A stretch of 64,000 bases of DNA from the NCBI GenBank assembly GCA_022605425.2, contig JAKIMF020000001.1:1674001-1738000 (forward strand). The letters run 5' to 3'. How positions within the stretch are numbered: the stretch's first letter is position 1; each line of letters starts with the position of its first letter. This stretch comes from Hamiltosporidium tvaerminnensis FI-OER-3-3. Taxonomy: Eukaryota > Fungi > Microsporidia. Of the stretch, positions 22,733-36,226 are shown one piece after another. The notes under the pieces were generated by a model. The model saw only the letters and a list, made by a program, of their open reading frames with translations, ran no database searches and was not told where the DNA came from. The translations under genes and the position numbers were made by a program.

Positions 22733-23185
22733 ATACAGAGCCCTCATATGAACTGTCTTAATGTATGAATCTGAGACTTGGATAATGACAAAAAGAGATG
22801 AAACACTTCTAAATACGTGGGAAAGAAGGTACTCGTAGAATATAGGAGCCCAAAAATCAAAAACGAGTGGAAAATAAAGAATAACCAATAAATTTATTAT
22901 CTCTATCGAGAACTAAATCTGATTACCGAAAAAAAATAAGGTTAATATGGCTAGAACATAAATAAGAATACCACCTGGTCGAGGCGTAAGTCAAGTCTAT
23001 ACGTTTAAATCTAATGATAAAAGAAGAAGAGGTAGGTCACGGAAAGGATGGATAGATGTTGCAGAAAACGACCTGTGATTGCTTAATGTGAGGGAATGGA
23101 AAACAAAAGCACAAAATAGAGAAGAATGAAGAAAGATCGTTAAGCAGGCCCTAGCTCTTTAATAGCTGTTACGGCACTTACTAGT
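22733..23185 (+). mobile_element. RTE-clade LINE 3' fragment (degenerate)
   Basis: Translates YRALI*TVLMYESETWIMTKRDETLLNTWERR...W..H..R...RRRGRSRKGWIDV.ENDL..L.V..WK..AQNR. Confidence 0.8.
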
Positions 23186-24002
23186 ATAGAGTTTTTTAGG
23201 CTCACAGCGAAGTTATTAAAACAGCTTATTTATTACTCATAACAAACCTCATCATTTGCATCTATCAATTTTTCGAATTTGAACTTAAGTTGAAATATTT
23301 ATTTTTATTTTCATAGAAATGTTCTGTAATGAAACTTTGCATTTAAGAATATAACAAGATAATCTGGCAGAGAATTGATCAAATATTTGATAATGCTTTC
23401 CAACCATCATGGTGATGCACTGTTTTATTTTTAAGAAGGTTTTAAAATACAACGTGTATAAACGTAGATCTTTGATGTGATTTATTACTTTTGATTTGAT
23501 CTCTACGTTTACTCCTCTCGCATTTATTTTTACGGATGTTTTTATTTACTTTTTTTTTTCGTTGTTTATCTTAACGGTGATCTCTAAACATCGACACGTA
23601 CATATTTATCCGATCCGCAGTGCAATTTATATAGCACGCCAAATTTTTTCATATACTGAGCGTTTTTTAAGAAAGAAAAAAACATAAAAACCTATAAAAA
23701 CATTTACAAATGTGAATTCAATTAAGATAATTTTTATCCTGAATTTGCTATGCAAAGCAAATTTATTTGGTTTTTAACATTTTTTTTGAACATAAATCAA
23801 ATTGTTTAGCATTATATCATAAAAAACAATATGAAATAACGAAAATCAGTGGCATAATTAATTATTTATAAGATTGATGTAGCTGAACGTTGGTGCTAAT
23901 GATTTATTGAAATTTAGGCTAAATTTACTAGTATAAATTATCAATAGCGACTTCAGTGTTAATCGGTTAATTTTGATCTGTAAATATTTTTTGTGTTGCT
24001 AT

Positions 24003-24220
24003 CCACCATGCCTAAAGCAGAAATGGCACAGACATTCTCTAGTTGCCGTAAGAGGCGACTAAACGGAAGTGGTTCTCTAATTTGAGGTTGGGCTTGGGCT
24101 AACCTTATAAACCACTTTGTTACGAAACCCAAAAAAGTAAACAGACTCATTATTAAAAACCCGTAGGCGGTATTACTGAAGGGATCGGGCACTTTTAGGC
24201 TTTAATGTCAAGAATAATAG
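24003..24220 (+). mobile_element. Family C RTE-derived short retroposon, copy 2
   Basis: GCCGTAAGAGGCGACTAA (24045), GGTTGGGC..GGGCTAAC, GGCGGTATTACTGA shared with other copies. Confidence 0.75.
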
Positions 24221-24384
24221 AAAAAAAAAATTGTGCATTTAATTTTAGAGAATTTTTGTTTTGATAGTAAGGTATTCCAAAGGCGGACACAAAATAGCGA
24301 GAAAATTTATGAATATTATTGAACTGGACAGCTGAAAATTTTAATAAATTCCTAGTAACTTATTGGAATATTTCCTTCAAAAAT

Positions 24385-24617
24385 ATTCATTTATTCATCC
24401 TTGGCACTACAGCCCTGTGCGAGCCTTGGCCTTCCTGAGCAAACTCCCGGTCTTTTTCCAGTGGATTTGTTTACCTACCGGGTTTTGTAACAAGGTTGTT
24501 TTAAAGGGTGGGTTGTTAGCCCTATGCCCAACCCCAACATTAAGGATCAGTCCCTTTTAGTCGCCTCTTACGACAAGCATAGAATACTCCAAGCCAATTC
24601 TGCTCCCGACATGGTGA
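24385..24617 (-). mobile_element. Family C copy 3 (best preserved)
   Basis: GTCGTAAGAGGCGACTAAAAGGGA...GGGTTGGGCATAGGGCTAACAACCC...GGCCAAGGCTCGCACAGGGCTGTAGTGCC..GATGAATAAATGAAT. Confidence 0.85.
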
Positions 24618-24750
24618 GAAATGTTTAGATAGTTAGGTATTCCAAAAGCGCAAATAAAATAGCGAGCAAAATTATGAATATAATTGAACTGAATAGCTGG
24701 AAAATTTTAAAAATTCCTAGTATTTCATTTGAATATTTTTTTTTAAAAAT

Positions 24751-24944
24751 ATTCATTTTTTCATCCTCAGCACTACAGCCCTGCAAAATCCTTAGACACC
24801 CTCAATAATGCCACTCATCTGTCTCTTCCTAGTGGGTTTGTTTACTTTTTTGGGCTTTGCAACAAGGTAATATTAAAGGATGGGTTTTTAGCTCTCGCCC
24901 AATCTGGGGAATCAGTAAATTTTGTCGCCTCTTACGGCAAGCAG
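24751..24944 (-). mobile_element. Family C copy 4, part of a ~365-bp tandem duplication with copy 3
   Basis: Flank GGTATTCCAAA.GCG...TTCCTAGTA repeated at 24271 and 24636. Confidence 0.75.
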
Positions 24945-27900
24945 TTTTAAAAATATTTCTAGATAAATTTTTATTTTTTGAGCATCTGTATGATAAGTTG
25001 GCATTTCATCCAAAAACATAAATTATAAACATTAGAGAAATGATTTTCTTTACTTTAATATAAAAACCAATAGGTTATTGGCCTAGAAACCTTGTTAGAA
25101 GTCAACTTGCTATGCGGTCTAAAAGGTTTTGCGGCTATTCTGCTATATTATTTAAAGATAAAATGGCAATTACTCTTGATTTTATAAGTAATTTTTACCA
25201 TCCACTTCTGCATTTCTAACTATGAAGATTCAAAATGCAAATGTTGAATTATACATAAAACGTTTTTGGCATCAAATTTCTATACTTTTTATGTGGTTTA
25301 AACCCCTTTATAAACTATTATGTTTGCAACTCAATATTTATACTAATTATAATTTCAATCTTTTCGAAAAAAAATGTTTAAACCGAACTCATGATTGAGA
25401 TTAAATTAATATTCAATGCAAGAAAAGATAAATTATAAATTTTCGTGACTGTTCATGTAGATCTCTTCAAATATTTATTGTTTTAGTAAATATAATGAAT
25501 TATTGCCTTAAGTTCTTCAAAGATAAAAATTTTCCTTTTACCAAATTTCGGTTGATTGTGAATTATTTATACTAAACGTTTAATTTAGACTTCCAAATGT
25601 TATAGATAATAATTTTGTATGATTTTAAACAGTCTCAAAATACTATTTCTGTAGCTTTTTTAGAAAAACCGACAATAAAAATAATTAACACAAATATTAT
25701 AGTTTTATAATTAAACTGATTGATTAATCATATTTGGGCTATTTAGCATAAAAAAATATCTTCATCTCAAGTAATTAAAATGTTTTTTTACAAAAAAATA
25801 CTCTGCCTATTTTTGAATGTATTATTTAGCTAAAATGGGTTTTCTTAAATATTTCTTATTATGATAAATAATTCATTATTGATTTATACTATAACATATT
25901 GTTTGTTTCTACAAGGCGAGCCTACTTCTTTATAATAATATTTGTAAGGTTTATTAATTTGTAAAACTATCAAGAAATAGGCTTATTACATTTAAAAGAA
26001 ACAAACTTGATATTAACACACAGAAATATTTCAGTCGTTATCAGTGCAAAATAAATTTGATCCCAGTTATTATAATGATTTTAAAAAGCTAAGTTTCATA
26101 ATTTTAAAATTCATATTACCCAGATCTTCTTCAAAGAAATATAACTTTACACAATTTTAAAAGCTACAAATTACAAAAGAGCAATTTATTTCAGCTTCTG
26201 TATAAAAATCTAGAATTCTCTGTGCATTAATAATGCCTTTTAATTTAATATTGTAACAAGTTATATTTGAAGACTTTATATTGAAATTCTAAAATTATTT
26301 ATAAAAGTCATTATATTTTTATCCAACAAAAAATGAGGGAATTAGAACCATCATTTTAGTAATTAGTTTTGATTATATATTGGTTCTGCAAAAAAAACAA
26401 TGTTACATTTAAAAAAATTGCATATATATTTTATCAAAGTCTAATAAATTTAGTAAAATATTTATGGTATATAGTTATATTCCTAAATATACATCCTGAT
26501 TGTTTTAATATAATGCACGTATGAAACATGCCTAGATTGTTATTTTTTTCAATTTTTTTTTTCGAAGTCATTAATTAAATTTGATTTTTAACCTGTTTTG
26601 CTGTGAAAAAATTACACTGTTAAAAATTATGTATACTATGGTCATGTTCGATTTATTACAATCCAAAGACATGAGAAACCATTTTTTATTCAAATCAAAA
26701 TGTTCAATTTTATAAAAAAATGTCAAATCATTAATTGTTTTTCATTTAATATAATATAATTGATATATTTGATTTATTACGCCTTAATAATCAGAATTTC
26801 TAATTATAGAAAACCAATGTGTATTTATTTCGATATTTTTTTGATTATTTTTTTGATTAAATTTAATTAAACCAAATTTATAGCGATAAATTTCCAAGAT
26901 GAAGAAAATTTTGGGTAATTTCCAATGCTAAAATGTTAAAAAGATTATTAAACTGCAAAATTATGGAATCGATAGCAAATCTTGATACATTTAATACTTG
27001 TTTTACAATATTATGGTGTTTTTGGGAGAAAATATGATTTATTATTCAAATATTTTAAAAAAATGATCAGCATCAAAATATATCTTTAATAAATTTCTTT
27101 AAATAAAAAAAAAGACTTCGTAATTTTAACCATAAGAATATGCCATCCGAACCTTTTATTATTAAAAAATATTTAAGAAAACCTTACTAAAATTCATCGA
27201 CATATTTGCACGATTTTTCCTAGGAGATGTTATTTCTAAGCTCTTCCATATGCAAATATTTTTTAATTTACAAAACTTACTTCATAAATTTGTATAATGT
27301 TAAGATAATAAATTAAATAGCCTAATCAAATAAAATTTGTTGTCTAAAACTTAAGTGTATATGAAAGTATACTAATTGAAGATATTATTTCCTTTTTCGA
27401 ATCCAAATGTTGAAATAACCTATATAGCGAACAAAAAAATACAGAACCACTTTATTTTTGAAGAAATACTATTAAATTTCATATTAAAAGTTCATAATTT
27501 TTATTTTTATTCGAAACTTTGTAAAATGAGTTAATTATGATATTTCATTTGCTTTTTGGAAATAAAATTATGCGACTATTTCATATCATGACAATTATTC
27601 CAAGTATTTTAGAAATGATTGGGATAAAACCAAACTATGGAATAATTATAGAGCATTTCTTGATCATCATTACAGTAAAAGAAAAGTTTTAATAGGGAAA
27701 CAAAAAACACGTTTTTAAATCAAATTTTGATTTAGAAAGAGAGCGAAAACATTCAAAAGAGTCAATCGCCGAGAAAGAATTTACGAAACATCATGCAATA
27801 TTCATTACGCTTATTTACCTGGTCACAAAGGAATGAAGAGCTGAATTTAAACCCAAAAAAATCTTTTTTCTGATTTTAAAAAAAATGAATAAGCAGATAT

Positions 27901-27959
27901 ATTTCAAATATTAACACTGTCTGTTATAACTAAAATTATGCCAGATATCTTAAATTATA

Positions 27960-28775
27960 TCAAACATTCTTGGTGATTTTGGTGACATATAGTAAAAATA
28001 CTTTGTCTAATTCTAATAAATCTTGCAAAGATAATAAACCAAGTGAACTAATTGTAAGGTCTTGGGTTTTTTTAACAGTTTCTTTCTCATTTGCATTTAA
28101 AAATAATACACCGAAAACATTATATTCCCCGAATAAATGTTTCATCATGAACGTGCGCCGATTTTTTTACACGCCATACGACGGGTATTTAAGAATTAAG
28201 TTGTTAGATAATTTCTATGGTTGCAAATTTTGGTCTGAAAGAGGAAAACCAAAATGTATTAAAAGGCAAAATCCAGTCCAAAAATTCAATCAAGGTATTA
28301 TAATCATAACTAAAGACATTATCTGGTCGAAAAAAAAGTTATAAATTCTTGATAATATCGTATTTGAAAATAATAAATGTCAAAGGCTAATAAATTCCCT
28401 AAAATGTTCAATAGAAGAACCCCCGTTATTTTCTATGCCCTTTTTGAATTTGATAATACACTTTAAGTTTTTATACAGTTCTCCTATTCTCATATCCTAT
28501 TATCATATTGTTTTCCCGATATTCATAAGCACATCTAGACATTACATTACTACCTGTTATTTCATATACATCTTATCTTAATATTTTTTTGTATAAAAAG
28601 AATTAGGATGTGTTAAATATGAACTTAATATCAAAAATATTGTCTTATCCCTTATTTTTATTACAATTTTTTGCTTATGTTTCTTAAATAGAAGGATTTT
28701 ATACTTATAGACATCGGCACTAAACAACATAAAACAGCATAAAAATAATGTTATTTTTCTATTATATCGTTTCAT
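27960..28775 (-). pseudogene. Possible degraded secreted-type lineage-specific gene
   Basis: Signal-peptide-like start MKRYNRKITLFLCCFMLFSA followed by protein-like but stop-interrupted frames down to the 27960 ORF. Confidence 0.3.
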
Positions 28776-28977
28776 TTCGTTTTATTCATGTTTTCATTTT
28801 ACATATTACAAATAAGAGTATACTAATGACAATGCTGATTGTAATTTATAAAAAGTCTCAGTAGCACATTTAAAACTGCCTAATTTACAGAATTGTGTAG
28901 ATCTTAAGAGATACCTAATAAAAAGATTTATATTTTTTGGATTCATAATATAAGTGATACGTGTAGAAAAATCATTC

Positions 28978-29221
28978 CCCAGCCATACCGGGAGCAGAAT
29001 TGACTTGAAGTATTCTCTGCTTGTCGTAAGAGGGGACTTAAAGAGACTGGCACTCCATGTTGAGATTGGAGTTGGGGGCAGGGCTAACAACCTACTCTTT
29101 AAAATCCTCTTGTTATGAACCCGGAAAAGGTAAAAAAACCCACTGGAAAAAGACCGGTGGGCGGTATTACTGAAGGCGGCCAAGGATCGATCAGGGCTTT
29201 AGTGTTGATCATGAATAAATA
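28978..29221 (+). mobile_element. Family C copy 5
   Basis: GGAGCAGAAT...TATTCTCTGCTTGTCGTAAGAGG.GACT, GGGCTAACAACC, GGCCAAGG...ATGAATAAAT. Confidence 0.8.
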
Positions 29222-32200
29222 CAGCAAGTTTTCAAAGCAGAAATATTTCTATCATGACTCAAAAATTAGTGAAATTTTTATTTAGTTTCCTGTTTTTCAA
29301 CTTTATTGTACCGGTTAGAATGTAATCTGATAACAGTCGATATTTTAATAATTTATTTCTTAAAATGATACTGACATCTTTAATCATTAGAGTAATACAT
29401 GCAAGATTATGTAATCCAAAATGCAGGGTCTAGTCGAACATGCCAATCTGATACTAGAGAGATGGGCTGCGAAGAGATCGCACAAAATGGGTCGAAAAAG
29501 TTAAATTAAACATATTAAAGATGTTTTTTATGTATATAACGAAACAATCATAGTGCTAAAAAAATCTCTATTTATGCTTTTCTTCAAGAATCGAATTCTA
29601 GTAATTTTGTTTCTGAAAACACAATGACAAAACGAAGCCAGCATAATGATGCCTTCTATCGATGTAGTTTCTTATGTAATTTTTATTGAATGAATGCAGG
29701 AGACACAGCGTGAGGCAAATATTTTGCCTCGGATCAGCATGGAGATTCGAATATATAAGTAACACTTAAAACTTTGTATGATATTCGATGATTGCGGATA
29801 AGATAGTAAAATAGATACAGATGTTGCTAAGCATTTAAAAAATTATTGGAGAAGAACAGTAGAAAGCGAAAATTCAAGGATAATGTTGAGAGATTTGCTT
29901 ATTTGAGATGATATCTTGATAGAAAAAGACTTCGACATGGATACAAAGACAAAAAGAGCACCTCTTGAGATCTTTTAGAATTTTGGGCGGTTAAATTTAT
30001 AGCTATTGATGAAGTAGGTAATTAAGGTAAGAAAAAACGATGGAACTACAAGAACGGATTTCAAAAGCGTCTTAAAACATATTTACTTACACTAAGCTAC
30101 TATGCAGTTAGAATAATGCATTTTTTGGTGTTTAAAGGTAACATATAAATTATTATTTTTATTCTATAAAAGATTTAAAAATTTTTTTAGGCGGAAATAC
30201 AAGTTAAAAAGCATATAAGCACTTTTAATATTTATTCCCATTAAAAATAGTAAAGAAATTACTTTATTTATTTCAAATATATAGGCTTAAAGTATAATGT
30301 ATAGAAATAATGAGGGTCTATTAGACATAGCGGGGGTTTATTGGCCGGATACAATAAATCATAGAGCGATAAATTCATAATATTTTGATTCGGGTATTCA
30401 GATACAGTACAAGTATCGAAATATTATATCCAGCTGTCAATTATACCGAACAGAAGAAGTTATTTTAATGCTAGAAGAAGAATCGGTCAATGAATAGAAC
30501 CAAGAATTTAAGCTATTAAATAAGCAAACTTTTATATTTGAAAGTGGTGTAAACCTACAGGTTAATATCGTTACTAGGGAGATTTTATATAAATTGTATG
30601 CACCAGTATCCAAAATTTCAAAAATCCAAAGGTACCGATGCATATTAGAATTTCAGCGTATTTGGTTCGATAATGTAGTACTTCCGCAAAGAAATTCAAT
30701 AAAAAAATGATGAAAGGAAAAAAGAAGAATATCTTTATAATATAAAGCTAGATTTTTACAGAAGCTGACTCTGAAAGTTTTCGAGTCTGTAAAGAAGAAA
30801 AATAGGATTGCCAAAAGCTATTTACGAAAAAATTAAAGAAGCTACAGAGAGTAAATTTCGTTTTTTTCTTTTTTGTTTCTGTTTATATTTTTTTCTATTT
30901 ATTAAAATATTTTCCTATGTGTAAAATATACTCCATATCTAAGCGATTTAACGTATAAAGCTACATTAACTATTGCTTTGAAAACCTTATATAGGTATTT
31001 ATTGACCAAAGTATCAATATCTAAACAGTATACTGTAATATATAATCCGAGCATTGAAACTCAAGCAAACAAGTAAAATTATACTTTTGAATTTTTATTT
31101 ATTTTTAAATAAAATAATCTTTTACCCGCAAAAAAAATTTCTGTTCAAGATTAAATATTGACAAAATAAGCACGAACTCTAGTTTCAAAATTGTGTTTAT
31201 TTTTTTATCAGTATAAAAAATTTCTTACTTTTAATTCTTCACAAGTTTATCTGTTTAAAGAAAAGAATGATACTAAATTTTACAATTATTAAGAATTCTG
31301 ATGGTTTTCTTTATTAAATTAATTATTAAAACATAAAATTTGATTTTTAAAATAACAAGAAAAATGATTAGGTTTAATATCTGATTAATATCTAATAATT
31401 CTTCCTATAAAAAGGAATTTGAATACCGAAAAAGATATATGCAGATATAATCTAAGAAGTTAAACCATAGCTCAAAATTTAAATATGAAAAAATGTTTCA
31501 TTTTATACAAAGAAATGGAAATATACAAAATCATCAAAAAAGAAAATCATTATTACATTATTTATGTTGATATCCATAATATACACATAGGTGTAAATAA
31601 TTGTATTTCTTATTGTAATTATTAAGTAAGAAAAAAAAAAGAACAAAAAATAACTGCTCATGAGCTTCCAAAGCATTTAAATTCGGATCATAAAAATGCA
31701 TTTTTTCTCGACAAATTTACTTAATGAATTTGATCAATTTTACTTCCGATGAAAAGAATGTTTTAACAATATTTTGAAACTTAAAATGGAAAAACGAAAC
31801 AGCAAGAATATATCTCTATAGTTGATGTGTGAGGTTTCTCGACTTTAAGGTTGAATTAATTTTTTAATATCGCATCTCGCCGAAATTTTTCTTGCTTCGC
31901 ATATATAGCCAATATAATTCCGAAGTTTGAAACTGTACCGATTAACCAAGAAAGCCAACGATTATAAATTATAGCTGATAAACAGCACATCAGCAGAAAA
32001 TAAAATGTCGCATAAGCGAATTTAGTACGAAAAAAAATAAAACAAATATAATATTATAATTAAAAAACAGAAAGATGATAAAAATGAATCTTTGTGGTTT
32101 CTAAATTAATTATTTTAAATATAAAGATATTTCATTAAAGGAATCTGATTTATTTTACATTTTCATTTCCGAATAAAAACGAATCGAGATTTTATAATTA

Positions 32201-33389
32201 TTTAATGAACTATAAAATAAGCTATAAATTGTCTAAATACGATTTGATTATTTAACTAATTCATTCAATATTTAAAATTACATAAATTTAATTCTGGACA
32301 GAGAAACCCAAACATATTAATGATTAAAATTTGCTATTATAGTCTTCATAACATGTTTTTGCAAGGCCTTAACCTATATTAGCTATATTTGAAAAGGAGG
32401 CAAAATATTTAATTTAATTATACACAGAGGTAATTAAACAATTTTATTTTTTATATCTGATAATCTACAAATACAACATTGTTTTCTAAAGGTTTTGGTT
32501 TTATATACTGAACAACATAAACAATAAATATTTTCTGTAATTTTTGTTTTAAATAAATATAACTTTTGTATTGATGAATTTTCCTGTCTTACTTTAATAT
32601 AAAATAATACGTTTCTCTAAATTTTAAACGTATTTTTTTCGTGCTTAAAGTATGTAAAAATAAGTCAACAATATTTAAATTATTATTTACGTTAAATGAA
32701 CTTAGATCCATTAATTCGGAAAAAAATACTACATAAACCAGAATAACATTATATTTTATTATATATCAAGTTTTAAAATAAGTATACATTGCAGAAAGCC
32801 ACAAGACATACTAATTTAGAGAACTATTGATTTGTCGTGAAAAAAAAATTGTGCTTTAATATCAAGGCAAGAAACTATAAATGTAAAATGTTTTTTGTGT
32901 AAAAGATAGGCTTTAGTTAAAAGCTTAAGATTATTACTAGATTTTATCGCACTTATAAATATACACAGTATTTGAATAAGAAAAAAAGTACCAAGCGTTA
33001 TATTGGGATAGGGTAAAAAGTTTCTGATATACGTAATTCCTCAAAATAATTCTTGAATTATAGTTAGACGCCGAAAAAATTCATTTTTACCTTTATCCAT
33101 CATATCATGGGAAGCAAAATAAACTCATATCTGAAATATTTTAAGATTTGCTTAAAAAAATAGTAAGTCGTTTTATAAATACGCAGATATGACTATTTAA
33201 GGCACAACCGATTTTCCAATTATACGTTTCTTGTTTTTAATAATCAGAAATTTATATACAAAAAATTAAATCAAATATTTTAATCATTCGAAAGCAAATT
33301 GGGGATATTATATGAGACCAAAAATTCCATATTAAATTTAATTATCTACTATTATTAAAGAATATATGACTTCTTAATGCTTTTAACAA

Positions 33390-33619
33390 CTTACTTGCTT
33401 ATTCCATTCCTCTTTTACTTCTCAGTGTCGAGGATTACCGAATAGAATTTTTCTATATATTTATTTATTTTATTCTGTTATAACTCCGAATCATAAGAGA
33501 TTGGTTATAGATCCGGTGTGGCTTATATTCCAACAAGATGATAACAATGTTTTCACACCAATTATACCCATTTGTTGCCAACCAGAGTGTTTTTAATGTA
33601 TTTGTTCTCTCTCCATCCA
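33390..33619 (-). mobile_element. Family B short retroposon (230 bp)
   Basis: 10-bp TSD CTTTTAACAA (33380-33389, 33620-33629); head TGGATGGAGAGAG..ACATTAAAAAC..GGTGTGA..CATTGTT..GGAATATAAGCCACAC like family A; tail ends AAGCAAGTAAG. Confidence 0.75.
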
Positions 33620-36226
33620 CTTTTAACAAATAAATCTATAATTTTTAACTACGTCTCACAAGTAAAAATATTTGTAGATGAAATCAATCATATGTACTTA
33701 CGTGTGTAGTAGTGTTGTAAATTATCAAATTGGATTTTCATATTAGATGAAAAGGTAAACTATAGTATATATGGTCTTTATCAAATAAAAATATCGAGCA
33801 GTTCTGATAAAAAATTTGAGTAGGAATTCAAATTGAATATCATAAACAATCAATTCTATATATAGCATATGATACAATTATAAAGATGTATTAGGTTGGA
33901 ATCTAATATAGAATTAAACAGTTTGCAGAAAAACATATAATTATAGATTTATTTATAGATTCTGATACAAATTTTCCTAATGCCACCATATATTGAAAAA
34001 GTAACCATGAATTAGATCAATATATATTTCTTTAGATAGTAAATCGGTTTTATTTACCGATTATTACAACTAGAAGGTTCATATCGTAATCATTATTTAT
34101 ACATCATTGTTTATCAACTCAATGTTATTGCGGACAACTATAAACTCGGACCTCTCTTATAATCAACATATACTTATTCAGAATATGCTTTCTAATCCCA
34201 TTCTTATATAAAAAAGTTAGTGATATATTTTTTACATTTTCTAAATATTTTATTTTTCAGATGACCCACAAGTCACCTATCATCGAGGTTGCAAGTTTAC
34301 TCTTTTTTTTCCTTTGCCTTTAAAATTATTTTAAAATGACTCTGTCTTTGAGCAATTCTTCGTTTACACGGGTAATTGGGCTCGCTGTTATTACGAATTA
34401 TATACTGCGTTGCTATTTTAATGATGAGATAGCTTCAAAGCCAGGTTTTGACTGAAATTAAGGCAAGAAATTTTCCTGATTCCTCGAAATCAATATTATA
34501 TTTTTTTCATTAATAAAACCTCCTTGTTTTGGTTTAGGCCGACCTTTTTGTTATTTTTTCGAAAATCATTTACTATTTTTACTATGATATCGATTCCATC
34601 AGCATAGTCTAAATTGTGTATTTTCCTATTCTACAGAGTTTCTCTCGGTTTATTTCTACTCTCACAAATACAAAATACCAATCTATAGTTTATACGTAAT
34701 AGGAAAACACTAGCGTTTAAATACAAAACCTTGAGCAAATATTCTTTTTCGAAGATAGATTGTAAATCTTTAAATTAAAATTTTTAAATAGAACAAAAAT
34801 AAATAAATAAATATCATAAATCAAAATAGAAAATATAAAGATTTACTATTGAAATATTTCATTCTATTTGTCAAAATAGTCTAATTACATAATAATGGTT
34901 AAAAGTATCGTTCGAAATAATTAAATCTCTAATAATAATTTATAAGTTCAAATTTTATATGAATTAAACTAAGTATTAAATATTATTACCAAGATATTCA
35001 AAATTTAAGTTTTGTGAGACTGAATCAGAAAATGTGTTAAGAATCGGTTTCTATAAATGAATTCTAACGACAAAATCAGTAAATTAAAAACATAATTATT
35101 GTTTAAAATTCTTTTGATTTGTGCTTTAAAAAAATATATTTATATTTCAGCGCTGTTAGTTATGAGTAAACTATAGTTATAATACTATATTTTATCCTTA
35201 TAATTCCAACATTTGTATTTTGCTCTTTATTATTGATTTCAATTTTCCTCTCAAAATATGATGCCAGTTAAGCTTATTGATATCTATAAATTTAAAAGTT
35301 GAAGAAAATCTAAAAGAAATTTAAAATGGTTTAACAGCCATAGTAAAACTAAAATATTCGTTTTATTCATCAAAAAATGATACATAATTGCATCTAGTTT
35401 TGATTTTGGTGCAAAAAACCGGGTTATATAAGAATTATATAATTAAAAACTTCATTAAAAAGAAAATTTATAATTTCCAAAAAAAATCATAAATCAATCA
35501 TCAATTAGATTTTAAATCAAAAACCTAAATTAAATATATTTTGAAAATTAATTGCGCCTTTTTACTAAAATTGATTTTTGTCAATAATTTATAATTTTAA
35601 ATTACTGGTTTTCGTTCTAATAAAATAAAGGGTTTAATTATCTATAATGAATTAAAAAAATATGCTTTAATATTTATTTCGATCGTTTTTGGTAAAATAT
35701 ATATCTAGAATTAATCTAATCTAATTTTATAGCCTAAACAATTTTTTTTCTACCAAATATATCCTTTTCATTTATTCAATATAATTTTATCAAAAATTTA
35801 TGTAATTAAAAAACTTAATAAATGTCATTTCATCTCTTTTAGTTACAAAATTAAAAAGGAGAATTTCAAAAATAAAAATTATTGTGGTCTCTATATTTTT
35901 TATGAAAGAATATTTAAAAAATACCGAGAATTAAAAAAATGACTTGTTTTTTATATTTTAGTAGCATAATATTGGTGAATTGTATTGTATAATTCTTTCT
36001 AAGTTTTTCTATTTTCTGTTATTCTATAATTAGTGTCTTTTAAAATGTATTTTTTTTAAAAATATAAAAATTATGACATCTATCGTAGATTTAATTAATC
36101 AATTTATGTTTATTTTCAAAATAATGTAATATATTTTTATTGCAATCTATATTAAATTAGCAGTTTTAAGAAAAATCAATGGCTTTCATTATAAAAACAA
36201 TTTAATTAAAAAGACATTCTAGATTC

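Noticed and set aside
29550-30900. Purine-rich stretches with transposase- or gag-like words (also 27700-27850 and 56450-57480)
   Set aside because: Only isolated motifs such as IDEVG and H...GH.G; likely ancient TE debris but unsupported as features.
34250-34720. Minus-strand LDYADG (YADD-like) reverse-transcriptase remnant
   Set aside because: Too degraded to delimit or classify; probably an old LINE relic.
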